Source: Mobula hypostoma (Eukaryota). From it: a stretch of DNA of 64,000 nucleotides. The translations under genes were made by a program, and so were the position numbers. Location: the NCBI RefSeq assembly GCF_963921235.1, contig NC_086097.1:107262001-107326000 (forward strand), written 5' to 3'. Under the pieces are notes generated by a model, which saw nothing but the letters and a program-made list of their open reading frames with translations, was not told the DNA's origin and searched no databases. This document shows, one piece after another, positions 25,788-37,990 of the stretch. Numbering within the stretch: the stretch's first letter is position 1; each line of letters begins with the position of its first letter.

Positions 25788-28700
25788 CTAAGGCTATCTG
25801 CCCCGAACATCTATCACAGAAAGGATTAATATGCGAGTAAAAACGCGCTAACTTATCTTTGGACATATGTGCTCTATGAACCACTTTAAATTGAATTAGG
25901 GAATGTTTAGCACAAATAGAGGAAGTATTAACTAATTGTAAAATCTGCCCCCAATCATCCACAGAAATGGTAAGCCCCAATTCCTGTTCCCAATCTACCC
26001 TAATCTTATCAAATGGAGCTTTCCTAAGTTTCATAATAATATTATAAATCATAGCCGATGCACCTTTCTGACATGGATTAAGATTAATTATCGAATCTAA
26101 AATATATGTAGGAGGAAGCATTGGAAAGGAAGAAAGTATAGTACTTAGGAAATTTCTAACTTGTAAATATCTAAAAAAATGTATTCTTGATAAGTTATAT
26201 TTATTAGATAATTGTTCAAAAGACATAAGGGAACCATCTAAAAATAAATCCAAAAACCGTAAAATACCCTTAGTCTTCCAAGTTTGAAAAGTGCGATCCG
26301 TAAAAGAGGGAGGAAAAAATATGTTACCTAAAATAGGAATCGCTAACCCGAATTGATTAAGATCAAAAAATTTTCTGAATTGAAACCAAATGCGCAAAGC
26401 ATATTTAACTATCGGGTTAGAGACCTGCTTAAGACGTTTCGAATCAAAAGGGAGAGAGGAGCCTAAAATAGAACCAAGTGTATAACCCTGAACAGATTGT
26501 AATTCCAATGCTACCCATTTAGGAATAGATAGTATATCCTGGTCAAGTAACCAAAATTTCATATGTCGAATATTAATAGCCCAATAATAGAATCTAAAGT
26601 TAGGTAATGCTAAACCTCCATCTCTCTTAGCTTTCTGTAAATGTATTTTACCCAGTCTCGGATTCTTATTCTGCCAAATAAATGAAGAAATTTTAGAGTC
26701 AACTTTATCAAAAAAAGATTTTGGAACGAAAATTGGTAATGCCTGAAACACATATAAAAATTTTTGGCAAAAAAAACATCTTAACTGCATTAATACGACC
26801 AATCAAAGTTAAATATAAGGGAAACCATTTAGATGAAAGTTGAGTAATATGGTCTATTAATGGTAAAAAGTTAGTCTTAAATAAATCTTTGTATTTACAA
26901 GTAATTTTAATCCCAAGATATGAAAAGTAATTATTAATCAATTTAAATGGAAATTTATAATATAAGGGAAGATGTTTATTAATCGGAAAAAGTTCACTCT
27001 TACTAAGATTTAATTTATAACCTGAGAAAAGACCAAATTGTGCTAATAACTCTAAAACAGCAGGAATGGATTTCTCAGGATTAGAAATATATAAAAGTAA
27101 ATCATCAGCATAGAGTGATAATTTATGGGACTTTAATCCCTGAGTTATCCCAGTAATATTTGAAGATTCTCGAATAGCAATTGCAAGAGGTTCTAATGCA
27201 ATATCAAATAATAGGGGACTAAGAGGACAGCCTTGTCGAGTACCACGAAAGAGAGGAAAAAAAGGTGAGTTTAAAGAGTTAGTACGAACCGAGGCTACAG
27301 GGGAATGATATAACAGTTTAATCCAGGATATAAATTTCAAGCTAAAATTAAACATTTCAAGCACCTTAAATAAATAAGGCCATTCTACTCTATCAAAAGC
27401 TTTCTCGGCATCTAAAGAAATAACACACTCAGGAACATTTTGTGAGGGAGTATAAACGATATTTAACAATGTACGAATATTATAAAAAGAGTAACGACCT
27501 TTAATAAAACCCGTTTGGTCTTCCGAAATAATAGAAGGAAGTACTTTTTCTAGTCTATTTGCTAATAACTTAGAAAAAACTTTAGAATCAACATTTAATA
27601 AAGATATTGGTCTATAAGATGCACATTGAGCAGGGTCTTTATCCTTCTTTAGTATTAGAGAAATTGATGCTCTATTAAAAGATTCAGGAAGTTTACCAAG
27701 TTTCAAAGAAGCCTCAAAAACCCTACAGAGCCAAGGAATCAATAAAGAAGCAAAACATTTATAAAATTCAACGGTAAACCCATCAGGGCCAGGAGCTTTC
27801 CCCAGATTCATAGAAAAAATAACATTCTTAATCTCATCCATTGTAATGGAAGTATCTAATAAAGAAGACATATCCTGTGAAATCTGAGGGAAGTCTAACT
27901 TATCTAAAAAATCATTCATATATTTAGAATCTCGAGGAGACTCTGATTGATATAAAGAAGAATAAAAATCACAAAAGGTTTGATTAATCCCCACATGATC
28001 CAGTATCCATCGATCATTTTGGTTATAAATCTGATTGATTTGAGATTTAACATAATTAGATTTCAATTGATTAGCCAGTAGCTTGCCAATTTTGTCACTG
28101 TGAACATAAAAGTCACTTCTTGTTTTCTTTAATTGGTTTACAATCGAGGACGAGAGTAGTAAACTGTGTTCCATTTGAAGTTCAGTTCTTTGTTTGTATA
28201 ACTCCTCAGAAGGAGCCATAACATATTTCTTATCAATTTCTTTAATCTTGTCCACAATCGCCATCTCCTCCTGCTTCTGTTTCTTCCTCAAAGCAACAGA
28301 ATACGAAATAATCTGACCCCGAATATAGGCTTTAAAAGTGTCCCAAAGAGTGTTAACCGAAATATCTTTTGTATGGTTAATTGTAAAAAAAAGCCCAATC
28401 TGTTCATTCATAAAATTAACAAAGTCCGAGTCCTGAAGCAACAGCGAATTAAAACGCCATTGTCTATTATTTGGTATATTGGCCATAATTTTAATAGAAA
28501 GCTTAAGTGGAGCATGATCCGAAATGGTTATAGAATCATAATCACATTTAATCACTGAAGGAATAAGACGAGAATCAATGAAAAAATAATCAATTCTTGA
28601 ATAGGAATGATGAACATGTGAAAAGAAGGAAAAATCTTTTTCCTGAGGATGCAGAAAACGCCAAATGTCCGTCGACCCAGAATCAGAAAGGAAGAAATTA

Positions 28701-29203
28701 ATCAGATTTGCAGATTTATTAGGTAAAGTCCGTAAAGGAGCCGAACGGTCCAAAGCTGGAGACAAACAGGTATTAAGATCTCCGCCCCAGATCAATGAAA
28801 ACTCATTCAAATTCGGAAACTGATCAAACAATGATTTATAAAATTCCGGACAATCCATATTAGGAGCATAAACATTAACCAAAACTACTTTTTTATTAAA
28901 TAGTAAACCACTAACCAATAAAAATCTACCATTCGGATCAGAGATAATATCCTGTTGTATAAAAGTAACTGAGGAATCTATAAAAATAGAAACGCCTCGA
29001 ATCTTAGCATTGGAGTTCGAATGAAATTGTTTTCCCTTCCAGAATTTGAAAAAACGTAGTCTGTCCCCCCTCCGTACATGGGTCTCTTGTAAAAATAAAA
29101 TTTGTGCTTTAAGTCTCCGGAACACTTTAAAATCTTTTTTCCTTTTAATAGGATGATTAAGACCGTTAGTATTCCAGGAGACAAAATTAATAATAGACTC
29201 CAT
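25788..29203 (-). pseudogene. L1 ORF2p (APE endonuclease and RT) with one frameshift and a truncated cysteine motif
   Basis: MESIINFVSWNTNGL, LQETH, SDHAP, LDAEKAFDRV, QGCPLSP, YADD. One extra base in the run at 26761-26765. Stops matching after CDRCSGQIA. Confidence 0.93.
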
Positions 29204-29924
29204 AAATCCTAAAGTCAACCCACAACAAGGAGGATTGGCGATAGGCGCGACCCACAAACCCGGAGAGGAAACAGAACATACAAAAGATACCGGGAAAAAG
29301 GACGCAACCAGTACTTCAATAATGTATATAGCCCAAAGAGAAACAAACTAAAACGTGAAGCCCCTCCCACCACCCGCCGCCCCAAGACCCGAAGGCAAAA
29401 TCTAAAGCAGACCCGCCAGAAAGAAGCAAGCGCTAAAACTACCCCCATGACTTCCGGTATACGCTCCCTAAAAAAAAGGTATAAATATGAAAAGGTTCAG
29501 CTAATTGTAAAACAGTAAAAAAGTAAAAAAAAAAGGTAGCTCAATTAAAATACACACAGAACAGAACAAAAGCCGGAAAATATATATTAAAAAAAAAACC
29601 ACAATAAACCTCAAACCCATGAATAGACACAGCAACAAGAAAAAATAAGATTATTGACATAAAGTGGTTATAAAAAGCAAAACAGAATAAAATTTAAAAA
29701 AAACTACAAAATTTAAGGCCACACAGGAAATACGTAAGATGACAAAAAGGAAGTAACCACCCAGAATCCCCTGGGAAAAGAAAGAAATGACGCAGTTAAA
29801 AAGAAAGTTTAGCAACCATATTAAGAAATCAAAAATAAACTTTTCTGCCCAAATAGGGCACAAAAAAGTTAAAACCAACCAATTCACAGCCTCCGATCAA
29901 CGGAGATAATTAAAAAAAAAGCAA

Positions 29925-30824
29925 TTAAGATGTTGAAGATGAAATTTGATCCAGATAACTCTGGGCATCCGATGGAGAATCAAAAAAACGAAGGGCTCCA
30001 TCTGACATGCGAATCCTTAGACGTGCAGGGTACAGCAGCGCTGGTCTTAAATCCATCTTATAGAATTCCGACATCACGGATCTGTAACGAACCCGTTGGT
30101 CCCAGATTGGTTTACTGAAATCTTCCACGAATCGGAACTTAAGATCTGAAAAATCAATGAAACCTTTAGATCGAGCGAATCGAAACAGTCTCTCCTTGTC
30201 TTGAAAGTAATGAAAACGTAAGATAACATGCCTAGGTCTATCTGACCTAGACGAGTATGATGGGATTCTGTGAACACGATCCAGAAGCGGTGGTTGGTCA
30301 GGAAATACAGTAGGGAATGCATCTTTTAAAAGTTGAGAAAAATATTTCATGGGGTTGTTAGATTCCACAGCTTCCCTTACCCCGATCATTCGTAAATTCT
30401 GCCGTCGCATTCTAGATTCCAAGTCAGAGTTTTTAAAAGTCAAAAAGTCAAGTTTCTTCTTCATTACATTAATTGTTTCTTCGATTTTCCCCATCTTAAG
30501 CTCACTTTGTTGGGCAAATTTTTGAAGATCAGATATAGCCGACTGATGTTCCGCAATAAATGTTTGCATCTTATCAATTGAATCGGTAATTTTCTGGAGA
30601 TTAGTTGAGATTTCCGTATGAATCAGGTCTTTAACAGGGCCTGCAATTTCCGTACGAATCATCTCCCTAACAGAGGTTGAAATTTCCCTCTGAATTAACT
30701 CCGATATCGCTTTCAAAGTCACTGGTGATTCAGTCGGGGGGAGATCCGTAGCTTTCGGTTTAACCGGAGGTTTACCATCCTTGCCGTCTTTCCCGTTCTT
30801 AGACATAGCAGATCTAAGTATCAT
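29925..30824 (-). CDS. L1 ORF1p, RNA-binding protein, intact 299 aa
   Basis: Coiled coil, then DLESRMRRQNLRMIGV, LDRVHR, PRHVILRF and LLYPARL. Confidence 0.92.
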   Translation of the reverse strand: MILRSAMSKNGKDGKDGKPPVKPKATDLPPTESPVTLKAISELIQREISTSVREMIRTEIAGPVKDLIHTEISTNLQKITDSIDKMQTFIAEHQSAISDLQKFAQQSELKMGKIEETINVMKKKLDFLTFKNSDLESRMRRQNLRMIGVREAVESNNPMKYFSQLLKDAFPTVFPDQPPLLDRVHRIPSYSSRSDRPRHVILRFHYFQDKERLFRFARSKGFIDFSDLKFRFVEDFSKPIWDQRVRYRSVMSEFYKMDLRPALLYPARLRIRMSDGALRFFDSPSDAQSYLDQISSSTS

Positions 30825-30981
30825 CCAATTGTCGGAGAATTCAGTTTAATTCAAAGTATTGTAAGAATTGATGCCTTAATGGTTAATAAAAGTATAGCTG
30901 ACCATAGAGAAAAAAAACTCAGAGGTAATGGAGCGAGTCAAGAACGCGACTTCACTCCATGAGCGCTACCGGAAGTCCATC

Positions 30982-31607
30982 GTGTTGGCCTTCATCAGCT
31001 GCGGGATTGAGTTCAAGAGCCATGAGGTAATGTTACAGCTATATAGACCTTGGTCAGACCCCACTTGGAGAACTGTGTTCAGTTCTGGTCACCTCACTAC
31101 AGTAAGGACGTGGATGCTGTAGAGAGAGTGCAGAGGAGAATTACAAGGATGTTGCCTGGATTGGAGAACATGCCTTCTGAGAATAGGTTGAGTAAACTTG
31201 GCCTTTTCTCCTTGGAGCAACGGAGGATGAGAGGTGACCAGATTGAGGAGTATAAGATGATGAGAGGCATTGATCGTGTGGATAGTCAGAGGTTTTTTTC
31301 CAGGGCTGAAATAGCTAACATGACAGGCCATAGTTTTAAGGTGCTTGGAAGTCAGTACAGAGGGGATGTCAGGGGTAAGTTTTTCACACAGAGTGGTGGG
31401 TGCCTGGAATGCACTGCCAGCGACGGTGGTAGATGCGGGTACAATAGGGTTTTCTGAAGAGACTCTTAGATAGGTACATGGAGCTTAGAAAAATAGAGGC
31501 TATGTGGTAGGGTAATTCTAGACAGTTCTAGAGTAGGTTATATGGTCGGCACAATGTTGTGGGCCGAAGGGCCTGTAACGTGCTGTAGATTTCTATGTTC
31601 TATGTTC
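30982..31607 (+). mobile_element. CR1 3' fragment
   Basis: VRPHLENCVQFWSP and a (TTCTATG)n tail. Confidence 0.9.
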
Positions 31608-31927
31608 CTGAGGCAGTGTTACACAGTTTGTGACCAGTGGGCAACTAGGGAGAGCACTGAATTTATGGAATGAGGTGAGACCTCCCAAATGCTGTACACA
31701 AGCATTTAACAAATATGTTTTTGTTTAGTAGTTAGCATGTCTCACTTATAATAAAATATTTATTTATTTATTTATGGAGATACAGCTTGGAATAGGCCCC
31801 TCTGGCCTTTCCAGCCCTTCAAGCTGTGAAGCCCAGCAATCCCTGCATTTAATCCTAATGATGGGACAATTTACCTACCAACCAGTATGTCTTTGGACTC
31901 TGGGAAAAACTGAAGCATCTGGAGAAA

Positions 31928-33767
31928 CACACATCAAAGTTGCTGGTGAACGCAGCAGGCCAAGCAGCATCTCTAGGAAGAGGTGCAGTCGACGTTTCAG
32001 GCCGAGACCCTTCGTCAGGACTAACTGAAGGAAGAGTGAGTAAGGGATTTGAAAGTGGGAGGGGGAGGGGGAGATCCAAAATGATAGGAGAAGACAGGAG
32101 GGGGAGGGATGGAGCCAAGAGCTGGACAGGTGATTGGCAAAAGGGATACGAGAGGATCATGGGACAGGACGTCCGGGAAGAAAGACAAGGGGGGGGACCC
32201 AGAGGATGGGCAAGAGGTATATTCAGAGGGACAGAGGGAGAAAAAGGAGAGTGAGAGAAAGAATGTGTGCATAAAAATAAGTAACAGATGGGGTACGAGG
32301 GGGAGGTGGGGCCTTACCGGAAGTTAGAGAAGTCGATGTTCATGCCATCAGGTTGGAGGCTACCCAGACGGAATATAAGGTGTTGTTCCTCCAACCTGAG
32401 TGTGGCTTCATCTTTACAGTAGAGGAGGCCGTGGATAGACATGTCAGAATGGGAATGGGATGTGGAATTAAAATGTGTGGCCACCGGGAGATCCTGCTTT
32501 CTCTGGCGGACAGAGCGTAGATGTTCAGCAAAGCGGTCTCCCAGTCTGCGTCGGGTCTCGCCAATATATAAAAGGCCACATCGGGAGCACCGGACATAGT
32601 ATATCACCCCAGTCGACTCACAGGTGAAGTGTTGCCTCACCTGGAAGGACTGTTTGGGGCCCTGAATGGTGGTAAGGGAGGAAGTGTAAGGGCATGTGTA
32701 GCACTTGTTCCGCTTACATGGATAAGTGCCAGGAGGGAGATCAGTGGGGAGGGATGGGGGGGACGAATGGACAAGGGAGTTGCATAGGGAGCGATCCCTG
32801 CGGAATGCAGAGAGAGGGGGGGAGGGAAAGATGTGCTTAGTGGTGGGATCCCGTTGGAGGTGGCGGAAGTTACGGAGAATAATATGTTGGACCCGGAGGC
32901 TGGTGGGGTGGTAGGTGAGGACCGGGGAACTCTATTCCTAGTGGGGTGGTGGGAGGATGGAGTGAGAGCAGATGTACGTGAAATGGGGGAGATGCGTTTA
33001 AGAGCAGAGTTGATAGTGGAGGAAGGGAAGCCCTTTTCTTTAAAAAAGGAAGACATCTCCCTCGTCCTAGAATGAAAAGCCTCATCCTGAGAGCAGATGC
33101 GGCGGAGACGGAGGAATTGCGAGAAGGGGATGGCGTTTTTGCAAGAGACAGGATGAGAAGAGGAATAGTCCAGATAGCTGTGAGAGTCAGCAGACTTATA
33201 GTAGACATCAGTGGATAAGCTGTCTCCAGAGACAGAGACAGAAAGATCTAGAAAGGGGAGGGAGGTGTCGGAAATGGACCAGGTAAACTTGAGGGCAGGG
33301 TGAAAGTTGGAGGCAAAGTTAATAAAGTCAATGAGTTCTGCATGCGTGCAGGAAGCAGCACCAATGCAGTCGTCGATGTAGCGAAGGAAAAGTGGGGGAC
33401 AGATACCAGAATAGGCACGGAACATAGATTGTTCCACAAACCCAACAAAAAGGCAGGCATAGCTAGGACCCATACGGGTGCCCATAGCTACACCTTTAGT
33501 TTGGAGGAAGTGGGAGGAGCCAAAGGAGAAATTATTAAGAGTAAGGACTAATTCCGCTAGACGGAGCAGAGTGGTGGTAGAGGGGAACTGATTAGGTCTG
33601 GAATCCAAAAAGAAGCGAAGAGCTTTGAGACCTTCCTGATGGAGGATGGAAGTATATAAGGACTGGACATCCATGGTGAAAATAAAGCGGTGTGGGCCAG
33701 GGAACTTAAAATTATCGGAAAGTTTAAGAGCGTGAGAAGTGTCACGAACATAGGTTGGAAGGGATTG
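31928..33767 (-). mobile_element. Penelope-like element, left arm (RT, GIY-YIG endonuclease, 3' region with ribozyme)
   Basis: MDVQSLYT, GVAMGTRMGP, RYIDD and VIYYVRCSRCGLLYIGET. Cys-rich linker CKRNKCYTC, Neptune-like by recall. One-base frameshift near 32925. Confidence 0.93.
31987..32022 (-). ncRNA. Minimal type I hammerhead ribozyme
   Basis: AGUC-CUGACGA-A-GGGU(CUCG)GCCU-GAAA-CG-UC/GACU. Confidence 0.85.
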
Positions 33768-33813
33768 GCGTGAGAAGTGTCACGAACATAGGTATTCCTC
33801 TTCTCACCCTGTC

Positions 33814-35111
33814 CATAGCTATCTGGACTATTCCTCTTCTCACCCTGTCTCATGCAAAAACGCCATCCCCTTCTCGCAATTCCTCCGTCTCCGCCGCATC
33901 TGCTCTCAGGATGAGGCTTTTCATTCTAGGACAAGGGAGATGTCTTCCTTTTTTAAAGAAAGGGGCTTCCCTTCCTCCACTATCAACTCTGCTCTTAAAC
34001 GCATCTCCCCCATTTCACGTACATCTGCTCTCACTCCATCCTCCCACCACCCCACTAGGAATAGAGTTCCCCTGGTCCTCACCTACCACCCCACCAGCCT
34101 CCGGGTCCAACATATTATTCTCCGTAACTTCCGCCACCTCCAACGGGATCCCACCACTAAGCACATCTTTCCCTCCCCCCCTCTCTCTGCATTCCGCAGA
34201 GGTCACTCCCTACACAACTCCCTTGTCCATTCGTCCCCCCCATCCCTCCCCACTGATCTCCCTCCTGGCACTTATCCGTGTAAGCGGAACAAGTGCTACA
34301 CATGCCCTTACACTTCCTCCCTTACCACCATTCAGGGCCCCAAACAGTCCTTCCAGGTGAGGCAACACTTCACCTGTGAGTCGACTGGGGTGATATACTA
34401 TGTCCGGTGCTCCCGATGTGGCCTTTTATATATTGGCGAGACCCGACGCAGACTGGGAGACCGCTTTGCTGAACATCTACGCTCTGTCCGCCAGAGAAAG
34501 CAGGATCTCCCGGTGGCCACACATTTTAATTCCACATCCCATTCCCATTCTGACATGTCTATCCACGGCCTCCTCTACTGTAAAGATGAAGCCACACTCA
34601 GGTTGGAGGAACAACACCTTATATTCCGTCTGGGTAGCCTCCAACCTGATGGCATGAACATCGACTTCTCTAACTTCCGGTAAGGCCCCACCTCCCCCTC
34701 GTACCCCATCTGTTACTTATTTTTATGCACACATTCTTTCTCTCACTCTCCTTTTTCTCCCTCTGTCCCTCTGAATATACCTCTTGCCCATCCTCTGGGT
34801 TCCCCCCCCCCTTGTCTTTCTTCCCGGACCTCCTGTCCCATGATCCTCTCGTATCCCCTTTTGCCTATCACCTGTCCAGCTCTTGGCTCCATCCCTCCCC
34901 CTCCTGTCTTCTCCTATCATTTTGGATCTCCCCCTCCCCCTCCAGCTTTCTAATCCCTTACTCACTCTTCCTTCAGTTAGTCCTGACGAAGGGTCTCGGC
35001 CTGAAACGTCGACTGCACCTCTTCCTAGAGATGCTGCTTGGTCTGCTGCGTTCACCAGCAACTTTGGTGTGTGTTGCTTGAATTTCCAGCATCTGCAGAA
35101 TTGCTGTTGTT
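33814..35111 (+). mobile_element. Penelope-like element, right arm (RT C-terminus, GIY-YIG, 3' region)
   Basis: Inverted copy of the left arm with an open frame to the stop at 34683. 14-bp TSD AGCATCTGGAGAAA at 31914-31927 and 35112-35125. Confidence 0.93.
34979..35014 (+). ncRNA. Minimal type I hammerhead ribozyme
   Basis: CTGACGA at 34983-34989, GAAA at 35003-35006, stem I AGTC/GACT, predicted cut after C35010. Confidence 0.85.
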
Positions 35112-35499
35112 AGCATCTGGAGAAAACCCACATGATCACAGTGAGAACGTACAAACGGCAGCAACCGGAATTGAACCCTGGTCACTGGTACTGTAAAGCA
35201 TTATGTTTACCACTACAGTATTGTGCTACCCAAATATGTTTTCTTAAGCTATAATTATAACAAAATTTTACAATTGGATTATGCCATATTTTGTCAAAGG
35301 CAAGTCTAATGTTTAAGGAATACTAATAAATTGAAGATATACTGATCAATAGAATCAAACATGTGAAGGCACGAATAACTGGCAGACGATATTCACACAC
35401 ATGGTCAGCATTTGTAGATAAATTATTCCCTCTTTTTTCATGGTTGTAATGTTTCCTAAGTATAGTAGACTTCATACTGAGGGGATGCCAGTCAAGCCA

Positions 35500-37215
35500 G
35501 TGGTATGGTGAAATCACCTGATGATGACAGACTACATGGGTCTTGATTGCTACATAGCCGTCTGGCAGACAGATCTCTACCTTGCATAGACCAGATGTTA
35601 GCGCTTGAACAAATCCTTGTACCCACTCCTGCACCTGGACACCACCAACAGTCATCAGACCACTACCTTCAGAACCATCACAGAGCTCATCACTTCTGGA
35701 GATCTCCCCTCCACAACCTCCAACCCAATTGTTCCCTGATCCCATACTGCGTGTTTCTATCTTCTAACAAAGATTCAAAAACAAGACTGGTTCAAAAGGC
35801 CCATTGTTTCTACCATCTACTGCCCAGTGAACTCATTTCCTCATATCTCAAGACCATTGTGTTACTCCAGCCCAGTCTCTTCCCAACGTGCTACATCCAG
35901 AAAACCTTGAATGTTCTCCACCACCTCAACAGCATTCAATTCCCTTTCCCCTCCATCTCATTTCCACCATGGAATCCTGTCCCAGTACACTTCTATCACC
36001 TCAGGATTCTCCATGCCTTTCTAGAACACAGACCAAGGCAATTCCCCTTTACCGACACCCCTCTCTGCCTGGCAAAACTTGTACTTTCCCTCTGCATCTT
36101 CTGTTTTGACTCACCCCACTTTCTCGGAACCAATGGTACTCATATGGGCCCGAGTTACACCTGTCTTTTTGGTGGCCACATAGAGCAATGCATGTTCCAA
36201 GTCAACCCAGACACCATTCCCAACTCTTCCTCTGCTACATTGATAACTGCATTGGTGCTGCTTCCTGCACCCATGCTGAGCTCATCAAATTCATCAGCTT
36301 TGCTATCAACTTCCACCTGGCCCTCAGATTCACTTGGACCAACTCTGACACCTCCCTCTCCTTTCTTGGTCTCTCTGTCTCATTGATATTTACTACAAAC
36401 CCACTGACACCCACACCAACCTAAACAAAACCTCCTCCCACCCTGCCACTTGCAAGGATATCATTCTTTATTTTTTCAGTTTCTCCATCTCCACCTCACC
36501 TGTTACTGAGATGAGGCCTTCCACTCCAGGATATTGGAGACTTACTCCTTCTTCAGAAAATTGAGTTCTCCCACTGTTATTGATGGAATCCTCATCTGCA
36601 TCTCATCTACATATTTCCTGCACCTCTGCTCTTACCCCAACCTCCACATATTGAATAGTGATACAGTTCCCCTTGTCTTCAGCTATTACTTCACCAGCCT
36701 CTGGATCCACACTTTGGAGCTTCCCCCAACTACAGTATGATTCCACTATCAGCCACACCTTCCCTTCCTCACCCCTTTCTGCTTTCCACAGAGATCATTC
36801 TATCCATGACTTTGTGGTCCACTTATCCCTCACCCTCCCTTGTCACTCTCTCCTGTTACTGAAATAGGTGTAACACCTACCCACATATCTCTTCTTCCAG
36901 CACCATCCAGGGCCCTCAACAGCCCTTTCAGTTGAGGCAGGCCTCCACACGTAAATCCTCCAGCCTTAGTTATTGTATCTGGTGCTCCCAATGTAGCTTC
37001 CTCAACATTGAGTCACTTTGTGTAACACCTACATTATATCTACCATGAAGTTTTTGGGTGCGAGCTGTTTTAATTCTTGCCATTCCTACACCAGCATGTT
37101 TGAACTTGGCTTCCTTTACTGCCAGGGTGAGCTAAGTGCAACCTCAAGGAATGGTACCTCATATTACACATGGGTAGTTTTTAACCCAACAGCATGAATA
37201 TTGAGTTTCAGGTAA
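35500..37215 (+). mobile_element. Old decayed Penelope-like element
   Basis: GTHMGPSYTCLF and LCYIDNCIGAASCTHAEL, colinear with the young arms through the GIY-YIG end. Confidence 0.82.
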
Positions 37216-37340
37216 ATTGCTCTCCCTTTGTCCCTTTTCTTTCTCCTCCTGATCTACCCAGTTCAACCTACAACCAGCAGCAATGTTGGAGAAAAGGCAG
37301 GAATAAGTTATGTTTGACCCAGAAGTAGAAAACATCATGA

Positions 37341-37990
37341 TACTACTACTACGTCGACTCAGGCCTCGGGGGTGGGCATCGGGCACGATGACGGACTCTC
37401 CACTTCTCCCTCTCCCTCATCAGTGTGTTCAGTTCATCTACATTAGCCACGCCGCTGTCTTCTAGGAGTGTGTTGACCATAGTCTTGGGAGGGCGCCCAG
37501 GGTTCATCCTCCCGTGCTTGGGCTCCCATATGATGACTAGGCTGGCAGGTAGTTTGGGGTGGCATAGACAGTGCCCCGCTAGTTGCAGTCTTCTCACCTG
37601 AATTTTAGTGGAGAGCATCGGTAGGTTGTTATAGAGTTCAACGTTTGTCATGTGCTGTTGCCAATTCACATCAAGAGCTATCCGGAGCATTCATGTATAG
37701 CAACTAGCTAGAGACTTTCGCATTGTCTTGGTGAGTGTCCACATCTCGCATCTATACGTGAGCATGGTCTCTATGACTGCTATGAAAATCCTCTTTTTAA
37801 GCCCTCTGGTCAGATTCGACTTCCAGATTTCCTTCATGTTGTTCGTAGCCCTCCACGCCAGCGCCTTCCACATCTTTATGTCCTTCTCCGAACTCATCAT
37901 TCTTGACCCGAGGTACTTGTAGTCAAAGACTTTCTTAATGGTATCATTCTCTACTGTCTTGAGAGTACCTTTGTCGCAGTTAAACACCAT
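37341..37990 (-). mobile_element. RTE-clade LINE, 3' fragment
   Basis: YKYLGS, MLRIALDVNWQQHMTN, RRLQLAGH and GRP motifs, with a (TAG)n tail. Confidence 0.82.

Larger units (their letters stand above)
25788..30978 (-). mobile_element. L1-clade LINE, 5' intact, 3' end deleted
   Basis: 5' terminus GGACTTCCGGTAG, ORF1, a spacer of about 720 bp and ORF2. No 3' UTR or poly(A). Confidence 0.93.
31765..35232 (-). mobile_element. V-SINE split by the Penelope insertion (halves 31765-31927 and 35112-35232)
   Basis: The halves rejoin into a SINE homologous to 9687-9947. B-box GGGTTCAATTCC near 35167-35178. Confidence 0.8.

Noticed and set aside
26755..26778. A/T runs in L1 ORF2 as a programmed frameshift
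   Set aside because: Removing one base restores LPKFLYVFQ. It is a simple homopolymer indel with no second copy to support conservation.
30928..31122. ORF running out of the L1 5' end as an ORF0-like antisense gene
   Set aside because: Only about 17 codons lie in the L1. The rest is chance read-through into CR1 sequence.
31928..35111. Long inverted repeats as TIRs of a DNA transposon
   Set aside because: The repeats are themselves RT and GIY-YIG coding sequence, and there is no transposase.
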